From Candidatus Micrarchaeota archaeon (GTDB lineage Archaea; Micrarchaeota; Micrarchaeia; Norongarragalinales; Norongarragalinaceae), in contig JACQQD010000012.1 of NCBI GenBank assembly GCA_016207165.1, positions 69,803 through 133,802 on the forward strand: DNA of 64,000 nt. The letters are read 5' to 3'. Shown piece by piece: positions 27,144-36,618 of the stretch. The translations under genes and the position numbers were made by a program. Every line of letters starts with the position of its first letter. Position 1 is the stretch's first letter. Below the pieces are notes generated by a model. It was not told the origin of the DNA. It ran no database searches and saw nothing but the letters and a program-made list of their open reading frames with translations.

Positions 27144-29837
27144 ATGACGCTATTTCACGCGAAAAAGGTTGCCGAGGCGTTTTCGGACCTGGAATCTGGA
27201 CCGGAAGGGTTGAGCGAAAAAGAAGCTGAAAAACGCCTCCGGCGCTTCGGCCCCAACGAAATCGCTTCCAAGAAAAAGGCCACGGCGCCCCGCATTTTTT
27301 TGGCCCAGTTCACCAACCCCCTCATCGTGCTTTTGGTGTTCGCCGGCTTGCTTTCGTTAGCGCTGGGCGAAGAAGTGGAGGCATCCGCCATTTTCGGCAT
27401 CATCATCCTGAACGTCGCGCTAGGCTTCCACCAAGAGTTTCGCGCCGAAAAGGCGTTGGAAGCGCTGGAAAAGATTTCGGCGCCGGAGGCCAACGTCGTT
27501 CGCGACGGCAAACCGATGCGCATTGCGGCCAGCCAAATCGTTTCCGGCGACGTCCTGGTCTTGGAAGCCGGAGACATCGTGGCCGCCGACGCGCGGGTGC
27601 TGGAAGCCCAGTTTTTGCAGGTGGACCAAGCGGCCTTGACGGGCGAATCCATGCCATCGGCCAAGACATCCAACGTGTTGGCCTCCAAAAGGCCCTTGGC
27701 GGACCAGAAAAACATGGTGTTTCGCGGCACGACCGTCACGTACGGCAAAGGCCGGGCGCTGGCTGTGGCCACAGGCTCCAACACTGAATTCGGAAAAATC
27801 GCGTCGTCGCTTTCAGAGACCAAAGACGAGCCCACGCCGCTGGAGCGGAAGTTCTCGCAGTTAACCAAGCAAATCGGCGTGATGGCGGGCGGACTGGTGG
27901 CCGCGGTCTTCATCTTGGGAAGCCTCCAAGGCAGCCTGTCCGTGGAACAAATGCTCTTGTTTTCGCTGGCGTTGACGGTTTCGACCATCCCCAGTTCGTT
28001 GCCCATCATCGTCACAGTGAGTTTGTCGTTGGGAGCCCACCACCTGGCCCAAAAAAACATGCTCGTCAAGAAATTGACGGCCGCCGAAAGCCTAGGCTCC
28101 GTAACCGTCATTTGTTCAGATAAGACCGGGACGCTGACGAAAAACGAGATGACGGTGACCAAGCTTTACGCCAACGGCACCACGTACGACGTGAGCGGGT
28201 CAGGCTACGCACCCCACGGATCCATTTCCGCGGAAGGCCGGGCCGCCAACGCCAAAAGCCTCGAGCCCCTGTTCTTGGCGGCGTACCTGTGCAACAACGC
28301 CGACTTGCAGCAAAGCGGTTCCACGTACAAGATCGCCGGCGACCCCACGGAAGGCGCCTTGGTGGTATTGGCCAGAAAAGCGGGGTTGCACGCCACGGAA
28401 CTCAAGACGCGCTTGGAACGCTTGGAAGAACTGCCATTTGACTCCGACCGAAAACGCATGACCGTCATCTACGAGAACCGCAGGAGCAAGAGGAAGGAGG
28501 CGTTCGTCAAGGGCGCGCCGGATTTGCTTCTCCGACACTGCACGCACGTGTTGGAGAACGGCAGGCCACGGAAACTCACGCCCAAAGACCGAAAGGAAAT
28601 CCTGGCGCAAAACCACGTCTTCGGGCAAAACGCATTGAGGGTGTTGGCGCTGGCGTGGCGTGACGTCTCCAACATCAGGAAACCAACCGTCCAGGACGTG
28701 GAGAAAGACTTGGTTTTCTTGGGTTTGGCCGGCATGATGGACCCGCCGCGAGAGGAAGTGCCTTACGCCGTCAAGCGCTGCAATTCCGCCGGCATTTCCG
28801 TCTTGGTCATCACCGGCGACCATCCGACCACAGCCAAAGCCGTGGCCCGCGACATTGGCGTGTTCCGGGACGGCGACGGCATGCTCACCGGGGAACAACT
28901 CGATGAAATGACGGACGCAAAATTGGACGAATGCATTTCAACGGTTCGCATCATCGCCCGGGCGCTCCCCATCCAGAAACTGCGCGTCGTGGAAGCATTG
29001 CAACGAAAAGGCCACGTGGTGGCCATGACGGGCGACGGCGTGAACGACGCGCCAGCGTTAAAGAAAGCCGACATCGGAGTGGCCATGGGCAAGACGGGAA
29101 CGGACGTGGCCAAGGAAGCGGCCAAGACCCAGTTGGTGGACGACAACTTCGCCAGCATCGTCAACGCCGTGGCCGAGGGACGCAACATTTACGACAAGAT
29201 CATCAAGTCCGCCAAATACCTGCTGTCCTGCAACACCGGCGAAATCGTTTCGGTGTTCACCGCGATCCTGCTTCGCTTCCCGTTGCCGCTTTTGCCCCTC
29301 CAACTGCTTTTGATGAACTTGTTGACCGACGAACTGCCGGCCCTGGGATTGGGCACCGAGGGCGCGGAAAAAGACGTCATGGAGCGAAAACCCAGAGACC
29401 CCAAGGCCACGCCGTTGGGAACGACGGCGTTCGCCTCGATTTTGCTGTTCGGCGCCGTCATGGCCGTCGGCACGCTTTTCATGTTCCAGCAGTTCCTCGG
29501 CGAGAGCCTGGCCAAGGCGCAGACCGCCGCGTTTACCACCCTGGTCTTATTCCAATTGTTCGCCGTTCTGTCCAGCCGGTCAAGCCAGGTCCTGCACAAG
29601 CTGAACCCATTGACCAACAAGAACCTGCTTGCCGGCATTCTGGCGTCTTTAACCATTCAGGTTACCGTGGTGCATTACGGACCCCTGCAAGCCATTTTCG
29701 GCACCGTGGACTTGGAGATAGGGGAATGGCTGTTTATTGCGGGAGTGGCCAGCCTAGGCTTTTTGGCCATGGAGGTCAGCAAGGCCCTCACCCAATACCT
29801 GGAAAACCCGCAACGAATTAAAGCGCTTTCGCCGTAG
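27144..29837 (+). CDS. P-type ATPase, P2A (Ca2+/cation)-like
   Basis: TGES, DKTGT, KGAP, TGD, GDGVNDAPAL; M4 reads PSSL instead of PEGL. Confidence 0.95.
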   Translation: MTLFHAKKVAEAFSDLESGPEGLSEKEAEKRLRRFGPNEIASKKKATAPRIFLAQFTNPLIVLLVFAGLLSLALGEEVEASAIFGIIILNVALGFHQEFRAEKALEALEKISAPEANVVRDGKPMRIAASQIVSGDVLVLEAGDIVAADARVLEAQFLQVDQAALTGESMPSAKTSNVLASKRPLADQKNMVFRGTTVTYGKGRALAVATGSNTEFGKIASSLSETKDEPTPLERKFSQLTKQIGVMAGGLVAAVFILGSLQGSLSVEQMLLFSLALTVSTIPSSLPIIVTVSLSLGAHHLAQKNMLVKKLTAAESLGSVTVICSDKTGTLTKNEMTVTKLYANGTTYDVSGSGYAPHGSISAEGRAANAKSLEPLFLAAYLCNNADLQQSGSTYKIAGDPTEGALVVLARKAGLHATELKTRLERLEELPFDSDRKRMTVIYENRRSKRKEAFVKGAPDLLLRHCTHVLENGRPRKLTPKDRKEILAQNHVFGQNALRVLALAWRDVSNIRKPTVQDVEKDLVFLGLAGMMDPPREEVPYAVKRCNSAGISVLVITGDHPTTAKAVARDIGVFRDGDGMLTGEQLDEMTDAKLDECISTVRIIARALPIQKLRVVEALQRKGHVVAMTGDGVNDAPALKKADIGVAMGKTGTDVAKEAAKTQLVDDNFASIVNAVAEGRNIYDKIIKSAKYLLSCNTGEIVSVFTAILLRFPLPLLPLQLLLMNLLTDELPALGLGTEGAEKDVMERKPRDPKATPLGTTAFASILLFGAVMAVGTLFMFQQFLGESLAKAQTAAFTTLVLFQLFAVLSSRSSQVLHKLNPLTNKNLLAGILASLTIQVTVVHYGPLQAIFGTVDLEIGEWLFIAGVASLGFLAMEVSKALTQYLENPQRIKALSP

Positions 29838-29846
29838 TTGGTGGGC

Positions 29847-30332
29847 ATGGCACGCATACCCCTGGAACAGGCGCGATTGCGGGAAGTCGGACTTCACGCC
29901 GAATTCGAGGAATTGTCCCGCCGCCAGCAACGCGAGGGACTCTTCGAGCGCGGGCAACGCGAAAAAGCCGTGGCCCAAGAAGCCATGGCCGCCCGCGACG
30001 TCCGCATCTGGCTGGAATTTCAGGAACAAGAACGGCAAGCCGAAGCGCTTCGGGAACAAGAAGAGTTTCAACGAATGTTCGCACGCACGGAACTGGAAAG
30101 AAAATTGAGCGAGGCCTTCGACCAATCCATCGCACGAGAGCACCTGAAGCTAATCGAGGGGGAAATCAGAAACCACCCACAAACACGCAAGTTCCTGCAG
30201 TCCTCGCCCGTCAACGCCGATGGCCGTCGTGTTTTCGTCCACCCGGAAGCCGTGAAATGGGCGTTGTGGGCCGCAGGACACCGGCAAAAACTGCTGGAAC
30301 GCTTAATGAAAGCGGGGGATAAAGCCGCATGA
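29847..30332 (+). CDS. Hypothetical coiled-coil protein
   Basis: E/R/Q-rich helical ORF; ATGA overlap with pgk. Confidence 0.65.
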   Translation: MARIPLEQARLREVGLHAEFEELSRRQQREGLFERGQREKAVAQEAMAARDVRIWLEFQEQERQAEALREQEEFQRMFARTELERKLSEAFDQSIAREHLKLIEGEIRNHPQTRKFLQSSPVNADGRRVFVHPEAVKWALWAAGHRQKLLERLMKAGDKAA

Positions 30333-31579
30333 CTCAGAAAGAATTCTTGACCATGGACGACTTTCAACCGGAAGGAAAAACCGTGTTGTTGCGCGTGGAC
30401 ATCAACTCCGCCATCGAAAACGGCAAGATCCAGGATTCACAGCGCATGGCCGCCCACGCGCAAACCATCGCGGAGTTGTCGGGCAAAAACGCCAAAGTCG
30501 TGGTACTGGCGCACCAGGGAAGGCCGGACAAAAAAGACTTTCTGCGGTTGGACCAACACGCCAAACTATTGCAAAAACACGTCAAACGCCAAGTCCGCCA
30601 CGTCCACGACGTGTCCGGAAAAGAAACGCTTAAACGCATCCGGAAAATGGCGAACGGCAAAATCGTACTGCTTGAGAACGTGCGCATGCTTTCCGAAGAG
30701 GAACTGGACTCCAAGAAAAAAGCGTTCAAGGACATGCTTTTCGTCCAAGAGCTCTCGTCGGTCTGCGACGTGTTCGTCAACGACGCCTTTTCCGTGGCGC
30801 ACCGCGCCCAGGCCTCCAACATCGGCTTCGCGGAAACCCTGCCTTCCTACGCCGGCCGCGTCATGCAGCGAGAATACGAAGCCATCCAGAAAGCCACCCG
30901 CCACGCCGCCAAGCCCCGCATCCACTTGTTGGGCGGCGGAAAACCCGACGAACCGCTGGCGTTGATGGAGTACGCCCTGCAGAACGGAAAAGCCGACCGC
31001 ATCCTGACGTCCGGGGTCCTCGGCGAACTCTGTTTGTTGGCGAAAGGAAGGAAACTCGGCCCCAAGGAAAAATGGCTGGACCAAGAAGGGTATTTGGCGT
31101 ATTTGCCGCGCGTGGCCAAGCTGGTGGAACAATTCGGGGACGCCATCGACGTTCCCGGCGACTTTGCGTACGCCGACGCCGACGGCATCCGCGTGGAAGT
31201 CAAACTCGAAGAATTGCCGTCCACCGAAAAACCGGTGTTTGACATCGGCTCCAACACCGCCTCCGCGTACGCCCGCGAAATCCGAACCGCCCAAACCGTT
31301 TACTTGAAAGGCCCCGTCGGAAAATACGAGGAAAAAGCCTTTGAACTGGGCACCCGACGCATGTTGGAGGCCATGACGGAGTGCAAGGGATTCACGTTGT
31401 TAGGCGGCGGACACACCATCACCGCGATTGAGAAATTCGGTTTCCCCTTCAAGAAGTTCTCGCACGTGTCCTTGGCCGGCGGCGCGCTTTTGGAAATGCT
31501 TCAAGGCAAACCCCTCCCCGCCTTGGAGGCCCTCAAAGCCTCGGCGCGCCAGGTCGCCTACGCCCAGAAAAGCGGTTAA
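30329..31579 (+). CDS. pgk: Phosphoglycerate kinase
   Basis: RVDIN, AHQGRP, LLENVR, NDAFSVAHR, DIG, GGGHT, HVSLAGGA. Confidence 0.97.
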   Translation: MTQKEFLTMDDFQPEGKTVLLRVDINSAIENGKIQDSQRMAAHAQTIAELSGKNAKVVVLAHQGRPDKKDFLRLDQHAKLLQKHVKRQVRHVHDVSGKETLKRIRKMANGKIVLLENVRMLSEEELDSKKKAFKDMLFVQELSSVCDVFVNDAFSVAHRAQASNIGFAETLPSYAGRVMQREYEAIQKATRHAAKPRIHLLGGGKPDEPLALMEYALQNGKADRILTSGVLGELCLLAKGRKLGPKEKWLDQEGYLAYLPRVAKLVEQFGDAIDVPGDFAYADADGIRVEVKLEELPSTEKPVFDIGSNTASAYAREIRTAQTVYLKGPVGKYEEKAFELGTRRMLEAMTECKGFTLLGGGHTITAIEKFGFPFKKFSHVSLAGGALLEMLQGKPLPALEALKASARQVAYAQKSG

Positions 31580-31603
31580 AGAAAGAAAAACATTCATTCA
31601 CCC

Positions 31604-31774
31604 ATGGAAAAAATCAGTTCGTTCACCCGGCTCTTGTTTTCCGTCATGATCGGGTTGCTCTTGTTGTTAGGCGCATGGGATGACGCCTCCTTCATTTTGG
31701 CCTTGGTCGTCGGCGGCCTCATCATCGCCTACATCAACGGTTACGAATTGCCGCATTCCGTCTGGGAATCGTAG
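31604..31774 (+). CDS. Putative 56-aa two-TM micro-protein (below ORF-track cutoff)
   Basis: MEKISSFTRLLFSVMIGLLLLLGAWDDASFILALVVGGLIIAYINGYELPHSVWES*; fills the gap after pgk, host-like codons. Confidence 0.65.
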   Translation: MEKISSFTRLLFSVMIGLLLLLGAWDDASFILALVVGGLIIAYINGYELPHSVWES

Positions 31775-31836
31775 AACCGCAGAAAAGGCAAAACAAGGGA
31801 AAGCTAGCTTTATTACTCGTTGACGAATAGGAATTT

Positions 31837-32616
31837 ATGAACCCGCTTCAAGAAAACGCACGCGCTCACGAAAAGCGTATAGGCCCACTGCTGGGAACGG
31901 AAAGCGCCATAAGGGCATCCCATTACTACTTGTTTGCAGGCGAAGTGGACAAAGCCATCGATGCCGTAGAAAAAGCAGCGCAACTCAAACGGAAGAACCC
32001 AATTCTTCACGGCATCGCCACGCTTCTTGGGAAAGCATCGTTTCAAACCCTGTTTTCAAGTGAAGACAGAGAATACTTTCGACGCCACACGGCACCCTAC
32101 TTGAAAGAAAACGTATGGGTGCAGTTGCTTCAAAAGCATCGTGACAAGTTACCTGCCATTGTGTTAAGTATCATTAAAGACAAAACGCTTCAAGCAAGAG
32201 TACAGCAAGTAGTCCAAAAAATCATCCGCGAAAACCTAGAGGAGTCTGGTGATCCATTTGAGATCCACCGGCATGCCCGAATTCCAGCGGAGCTACAGTA
32301 CGCGGCATGGTTGGAGGACTGGCAATCCAACCGAGGAAGGCAACCTCCCAACGAACTAAAGGAAACAGAAATTCAGCGAAACCTGGAAAGGCAAAGCGAG
32401 TTTTTCGGGCAAGGACCAGTGCCACCAGACTACTTCGGCTACATCCTCAAGCGGAGTCCACAACAAATCCTCGAAACCAACAGAATCAATCCAGTCCCAA
32501 ATCAAAGCACACTCGAGAGACTATTCAACGATACGCATCCAGAAACACGAGTTTCAAAAAGACTCGTTGAAATCGTGAAGACCACGGGGTTCCTGATAAA
32601 GAAGCACATGCCATAG
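31837..32616 (+). CDS. Hypothetical protein
   Basis: 259-aa ORF, visibly more A-rich than neighbours; no motif recognised. Confidence 0.65.
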   Translation: MNPLQENARAHEKRIGPLLGTESAIRASHYYLFAGEVDKAIDAVEKAAQLKRKNPILHGIATLLGKASFQTLFSSEDREYFRRHTAPYLKENVWVQLLQKHRDKLPAIVLSIIKDKTLQARVQQVVQKIIRENLEESGDPFEIHRHARIPAELQYAAWLEDWQSNRGRQPPNELKETEIQRNLERQSEFFGQGPVPPDYFGYILKRSPQQILETNRINPVPNQSTLERLFNDTHPETRVSKRLVEIVKTTGFLIKKHMP

Positions 32617-32792
32617 CCGCGTACCTCTGGTACGGAGGCCACGGCCAAGGAATATCCTCGCTTCCCATGGCGGTTTACATGCATCGGATGGCGGGATTCA
32701 CTTAAACGTCTTCGGACCCGGGCTTAGAAACAGCAAGCACGCACTTCCGTCCACCACATTTATAGCATGGAATTGCCTGAAACCATTCAACC

Positions 32793-33461
32793 ATGAAAAC
32801 CACCGTGATTTCCCTGGGCGGCTCGCTATTGGAAGGAGGCTACGCCAAATCGTTTGCCGCCTTGCTGAAACCCATTTTGTCCAAAACCAAGTTCGCCATC
32901 GTCACCGGCGGAGGCCAAAAAGCGGGAGCGTACGCCGAAACCGCACGCCAAAAGACGGAAAGCGAGTTTTGGGCGGATGAAGCCGCAATCAAAGCCACGC
33001 GCGAAAACGCGGGGGCACTCATTACGGCGTTTGGAACAAACGCGTGGCCGAACGTCTTGACGTACCCTACGCAAGTGGTGGCCGCCCTCAAGCAAAAAAA
33101 GGTGGCCGTTTCCGGCGGGTTTCTGCCGGGCATCACCACGGACGCGTGCGCCGTCCTGTTGGCAGAGGCCTTGGGCGCCAAGCGGATCGTCAACGTCTCG
33201 AAAGTCGACGGCATTTACGACAAGGACCCCAAAAAATTCAAGGAGGCCAAGCGCTTCGACATTATTTCGCACGCCGAACTGCTTCGGCTGGCATCCCAGT
33301 ATGACGACCGCAAGGCAAGAACCAACTTCTTGTTCGACGTGGTGGCCGCCAAGCTTTGCGCGCGCTCCAACATCCAAGTGGATTTCGTCTCCGGCTTGGA
33401 CTTGAGTGGCGTGGCAAACGCCGTGCAAGGAAAACCTTTTTCAGGCACGAAAGTCCGCTAG
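32793..33461 (+). CDS. pyrH: UMP kinase (archaeal type)
   Basis: VISLGGS, VTGGG, PGITTD, VDGIYDKDP, GT C-terminus. Confidence 0.94.
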   Translation: MKTTVISLGGSLLEGGYAKSFAALLKPILSKTKFAIVTGGGQKAGAYAETARQKTESEFWADEAAIKATRENAGALITAFGTNAWPNVLTYPTQVVAALKQKKVAVSGGFLPGITTDACAVLLAEALGAKRIVNVSKVDGIYDKDPKKFKEAKRFDIISHAELLRLASQYDDRKARTNFLFDVVAAKLCARSNIQVDFVSGLDLSGVANAVQGKPFSGTKVR

Positions 33462-33467
33462 GCGGCG

Positions 33468-34025
33468 TCAACCTTTTCTCAGCGCCAACTGGTGCAATTC
33501 CACGAAGCCCTCGCGTTCCCACGCGTTGACGAAAACCCCGTGGCTTTGCCGGGGCGTCTGCAATGAAAACAAGGAAAGCGTTTTCTGCTGTCCGGTAAGG
33601 CGCTGGCGTTGGTTGACCACGTTCAACGCGTCCACGCCCAACGCGTCGGAAACGGCTTTGGCCAAGGACGCCGTCACCGGCTCGGCGGTAACCAGCCACG
33701 CTTCGTCGCAGAACCTCGGAAGTCTTGAAAACAGAAACCAGTCCAAGCCCGACGGAGCGTCCAACAACACCACGTCCGCCTTGAAAGAAGACACTTCGTC
33801 TTGAAAGGTCTTGTCGCGCACGGCTTTTTGAACGGTTTCCTCCGAGTCCGTGCCCCGGAAGAAATGCCGGACATCCAAGTCGGGCACAAACGAAAGGCGT
33901 TTGGCGGCGGGGTCCAAGTGAACGGTCTTGACGGAAACGCCTTTGTGCTGGAGGTATTTGGAAAAGGTGTAGACCAGTAAACTTTTTCCGACGGCGTGCG
34001 GGCCGCACACCAGGATGCGATTCAT
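33468..34025 (-). CDS. Reduced GPN-loop GTPase-like P-loop protein
   Basis: GPHAVGKS, VHLDPAA..L...PD.DVR, LLDAP; GPN motif absent. Confidence 0.6.
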   Translation of the reverse strand: MNRILVCGPHAVGKSLLVYTFSKYLQHKGVSVKTVHLDPAAKRLSFVPDLDVRHFFRGTDSEETVQKAVRDKTFQDEVSSFKADVVLLDAPSGLDWFLFSRLPRFCDEAWLVTAEPVTASLAKAVSDALGVDALNVVNQRQRLTGQQKTLSLFSLQTPRQSHGVFVNAWEREGFVELHQLALRKG

Positions 34026-34183
34026 GTCAAAGAATTGCCGGTGCACCGTATATAGGGCTTTTGAAAACCGGGGAGGAAGACGACCTCACAGAGCCACAGG
34101 ACAAGCGGGCCTTCCAAAACCAAAACGAGTCGTGAAGCTCACCGGAAACTTATTCTAGCGAGCGCAAGTTACTTGTGTTGGAA

Positions 34184-35497
34184 ATGGTGAACGGAAGCGG
34201 CGGACCTGCGCCGCAACCCAAATGCAAATTCCTCTTCGTCTCGCTCGAGGGCCTCATCCACGACTTGGCCTGGCAAGTGCAGAAAGAAGGCCATGACGTC
34301 CGGTACTACATCAAGGCCGCAGACCAAAAAGACGTCGGCGATGGATTCGTGCCCAAAACCGACGATTGGAAAGAGCAAAAAGATTGGGCCGACGTCATCG
34401 TGTTTGACGACATCGGCTTTGGCGAGGAAGCCGACCGCCTGCGCAAGAGCGGCAAACTCGTCGTCGGTGGATCGGTATATACAGACCGGCTGGAGGACGA
34501 CCGCGAATTCGGCCAGTCCGAACTGAAAGAAGCCGGGGTCACGACCTTGGCGCGGCACAACTTTTCCGACTTTGACGAAGCCGTTTCGTTCGTGAAAGAA
34601 AATCCCGGCCGCTACGTGATCAAGCCATCGGGTGCGGCCCAGAACGAAAAAGAACTGTTGTTCATCGGCCAGGAGGAAGACGGCAACGACATCATCGACG
34701 TGCTTGAGCACTACAAGAAGGCGTGGTCCAAGAAAATCAAGCAGTTCCAAATCCAGAAGTTCGCCCACGGCGTGGAAGTCGGCGTCAGCGCATTCTTCAA
34801 CGGCTACGAATTCATGTTCCCCGTTCACGTCACCTTCGAGCACAAGCGCATGTTTCCCGGGGAAATCGGGCCCAACACCGGGGAAATGGGCACGTCCGCA
34901 TTCTTTTCAAATCCCAACAAGCTGTTTGAATACACGCTGGCCAAAATGCGCGATAGACTCGCGGCGTGCCGTTACGTGGGCTACATCGACTTGAATTGCA
35001 TCGCCAACGCACGCGGCGTCTACCCACTGGAATTCACCGCCCGTTTCGGGTATCCCACCATCCACCTGCAGATGGAAGGCGTCACGTCCGGCTGGGGCGA
35101 CTTTCTGTACCAATTGGCCTCCGGGCAGAAGGCCGAACTGAAGACCAAGAATGGCTTCCAAATCTGCGTGGTCATCGCGGTTCCACCGTTTCCATTCGAA
35201 GATCCGGCCGCGTTCAAGAAGTACTCGGAGGATGCGACGATTTTATTCAAAAAACCCAGCCGCGAAGGCGTCCATCCCGGCGACGTGAAAGTGGACGCCG
35301 ACGGCGACTGGCACTTGGCCGGCAACTCCGGCTACGCGCTCATCATCACCGGCTCGGGCACCACCATGGAAGACGCCCGCAAACAAGCCTACAGCCGCGT
35401 CGAGAACATCATGATTCCCAACATGTTCTACCGCACCGACATCGGCGAGCGCTGGCGAACGGACGGCGACAAGCTTCTGACCTGGGACTACCTGTAA
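34184..35497 (+). CDS. PurD-like ATP-grasp ligase (non-canonical)
   Basis: LEDDR.FG, YVIKPSG, EHKR.FPG.IGPNTGEMG, LEFTARFGYP, YRTDIG; lacks the PurD GSGGREHA N-terminus; start uncertain (34175 or 34184). Confidence 0.85.
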   Translation: MVNGSGGPAPQPKCKFLFVSLEGLIHDLAWQVQKEGHDVRYYIKAADQKDVGDGFVPKTDDWKEQKDWADVIVFDDIGFGEEADRLRKSGKLVVGGSVYTDRLEDDREFGQSELKEAGVTTLARHNFSDFDEAVSFVKENPGRYVIKPSGAAQNEKELLFIGQEEDGNDIIDVLEHYKKAWSKKIKQFQIQKFAHGVEVGVSAFFNGYEFMFPVHVTFEHKRMFPGEIGPNTGEMGTSAFFSNPNKLFEYTLAKMRDRLAACRYVGYIDLNCIANARGVYPLEFTARFGYPTIHLQMEGVTSGWGDFLYQLASGQKAELKTKNGFQICVVIAVPPFPFEDPAAFKKYSEDATILFKKPSREGVHPGDVKVDADGDWHLAGNSGYALIITGSGTTMEDARKQAYSRVENIMIPNMFYRTDIGERWRTDGDKLLTWDYL

Positions 35498-35506
35498 TTT
35501 TTAGCT

Positions 35507-35553
35507 TACAGCAAACCAAGAAAAGAGTCGGGAAACTTCCTTGGTTTGCTATA
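35507..35553. repeat. Palindromic element, second copy of the 4625-4671 element
   Basis: TACAGCAAACCAAG-N19-CTTGGTTTGCTATA with shared internal GGGAAACTT. Confidence 0.8.
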
Positions 35554-35607
35554 GCCAAAGCAAGCGGCCTAAGCTTGCGCCACACTAAACGGGTTTGGGG
35601 AGTGCTC

Positions 35608-36612
35608 TTAGGCGGGTTGTTGTTGGGTGGCGCAGTGAAACGTTCCCAGTCCTTGCACCACGCTTCGGCCGTCGATTAAAACCACGTCGGATTCCGGAAA
35701 CCACTCCTTCAAAATGGATCGGGCCTCTTGGTCTTTGGGTTGGTCAAAAGAAGGAAGGATGATGGTGCCGTTGGCAATGTAAAAATTCAAGTAAGACGCC
35801 GGAAGCGCTTGGCCGTCGACTTGCATGGGGTCCGGCATCGGCATTTCCGCCAGGTTGAACTTGAAGGACGTGGCGTATCGCTCCAAACGCCGCTTGTTTT
35901 CGTTGAGGGCCTTGTAGTTGGCGTCGCCTTTTTCGGCGACGGCGTACAAAATGGTGTTGGGGTTGAGAAAGCGCGCGACGTCGTCGACGTGGCCGTCGGT
36001 GTCATCGCCTTGGATTCCTTCGCCCAGCCACAACACGTGCGTGAAACCCAAATGCGTCTTGAGTTTGCCTTCAATTTGTTTCCTGGAAAGCAAGGGGTTC
36101 CGGTTTCGGTGCAGTAGGCATTGCTCGGTGGTCAAACACAGTCCGGCGCCGTTGGAGTCGATGGAACCGCCTTCCAAGACCATGGACACCGTGCGGTGGG
36201 GAACGCCCGCCAATTCCGCGATTTTCTGGTTGAGTCCTCGGTCCGCCAAGTGGCCGTGGTACTTGCTTCCCCAGGCATTGAATTCAAAGCACGTCGCCAA
36301 CAAAGTGCCTTGGTCTTCAACGGAAAAAAAGGATTCCTTGACGAACACGGGGCCGGTGTCGCGGAGCCACACGTCGGCGGTTGGAACCGGGTGGATGACG
36401 ACGTGGCGGTGGTTCCTGACTTCCAACGGGATGCGTGGGAACAGCCTCTCCGGCGCCAGCAAGTTCACGGTTTCCCCGCGGCCGATCTCGAAAACCAGTT
36501 GAGTCCAGATTTTCTCGACTTCTTCCAAGTCGGGAAACGTCAGCGCGTCATGCGGCCACGCCAGCCACGTGGAGGCATGGGCCTCCCATTCCCCGGGGAA
36601 ACGCACGGCCAT
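35608..36612 (-). CDS. aguA: Agmatine deiminase
   Basis: PGEW, W.RDTGP, LEGGSID.NG.G, DDTDGHVDD, ASYLNF, G.GTFHCATQQQP. Confidence 0.95.
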   Translation of the reverse strand: MAVRFPGEWEAHASTWLAWPHDALTFPDLEEVEKIWTQLVFEIGRGETVNLLAPERLFPRIPLEVRNHRHVVIHPVPTADVWLRDTGPVFVKESFFSVEDQGTLLATCFEFNAWGSKYHGHLADRGLNQKIAELAGVPHRTVSMVLEGGSIDSNGAGLCLTTEQCLLHRNRNPLLSRKQIEGKLKTHLGFTHVLWLGEGIQGDDTDGHVDDVARFLNPNTILYAVAEKGDANYKALNENKRRLERYATSFKFNLAEMPMPDPMQVDGQALPASYLNFYIANGTIILPSFDQPKDQEARSILKEWFPESDVVLIDGRSVVQGLGTFHCATQQQPA

Positions 36613-36618
36613 GGCAGG

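Noticed and set aside
34184-35497. Assigning the symbol purD
   Set aside because: Substrate-binding N-terminal motif missing and no purine genes adjacent
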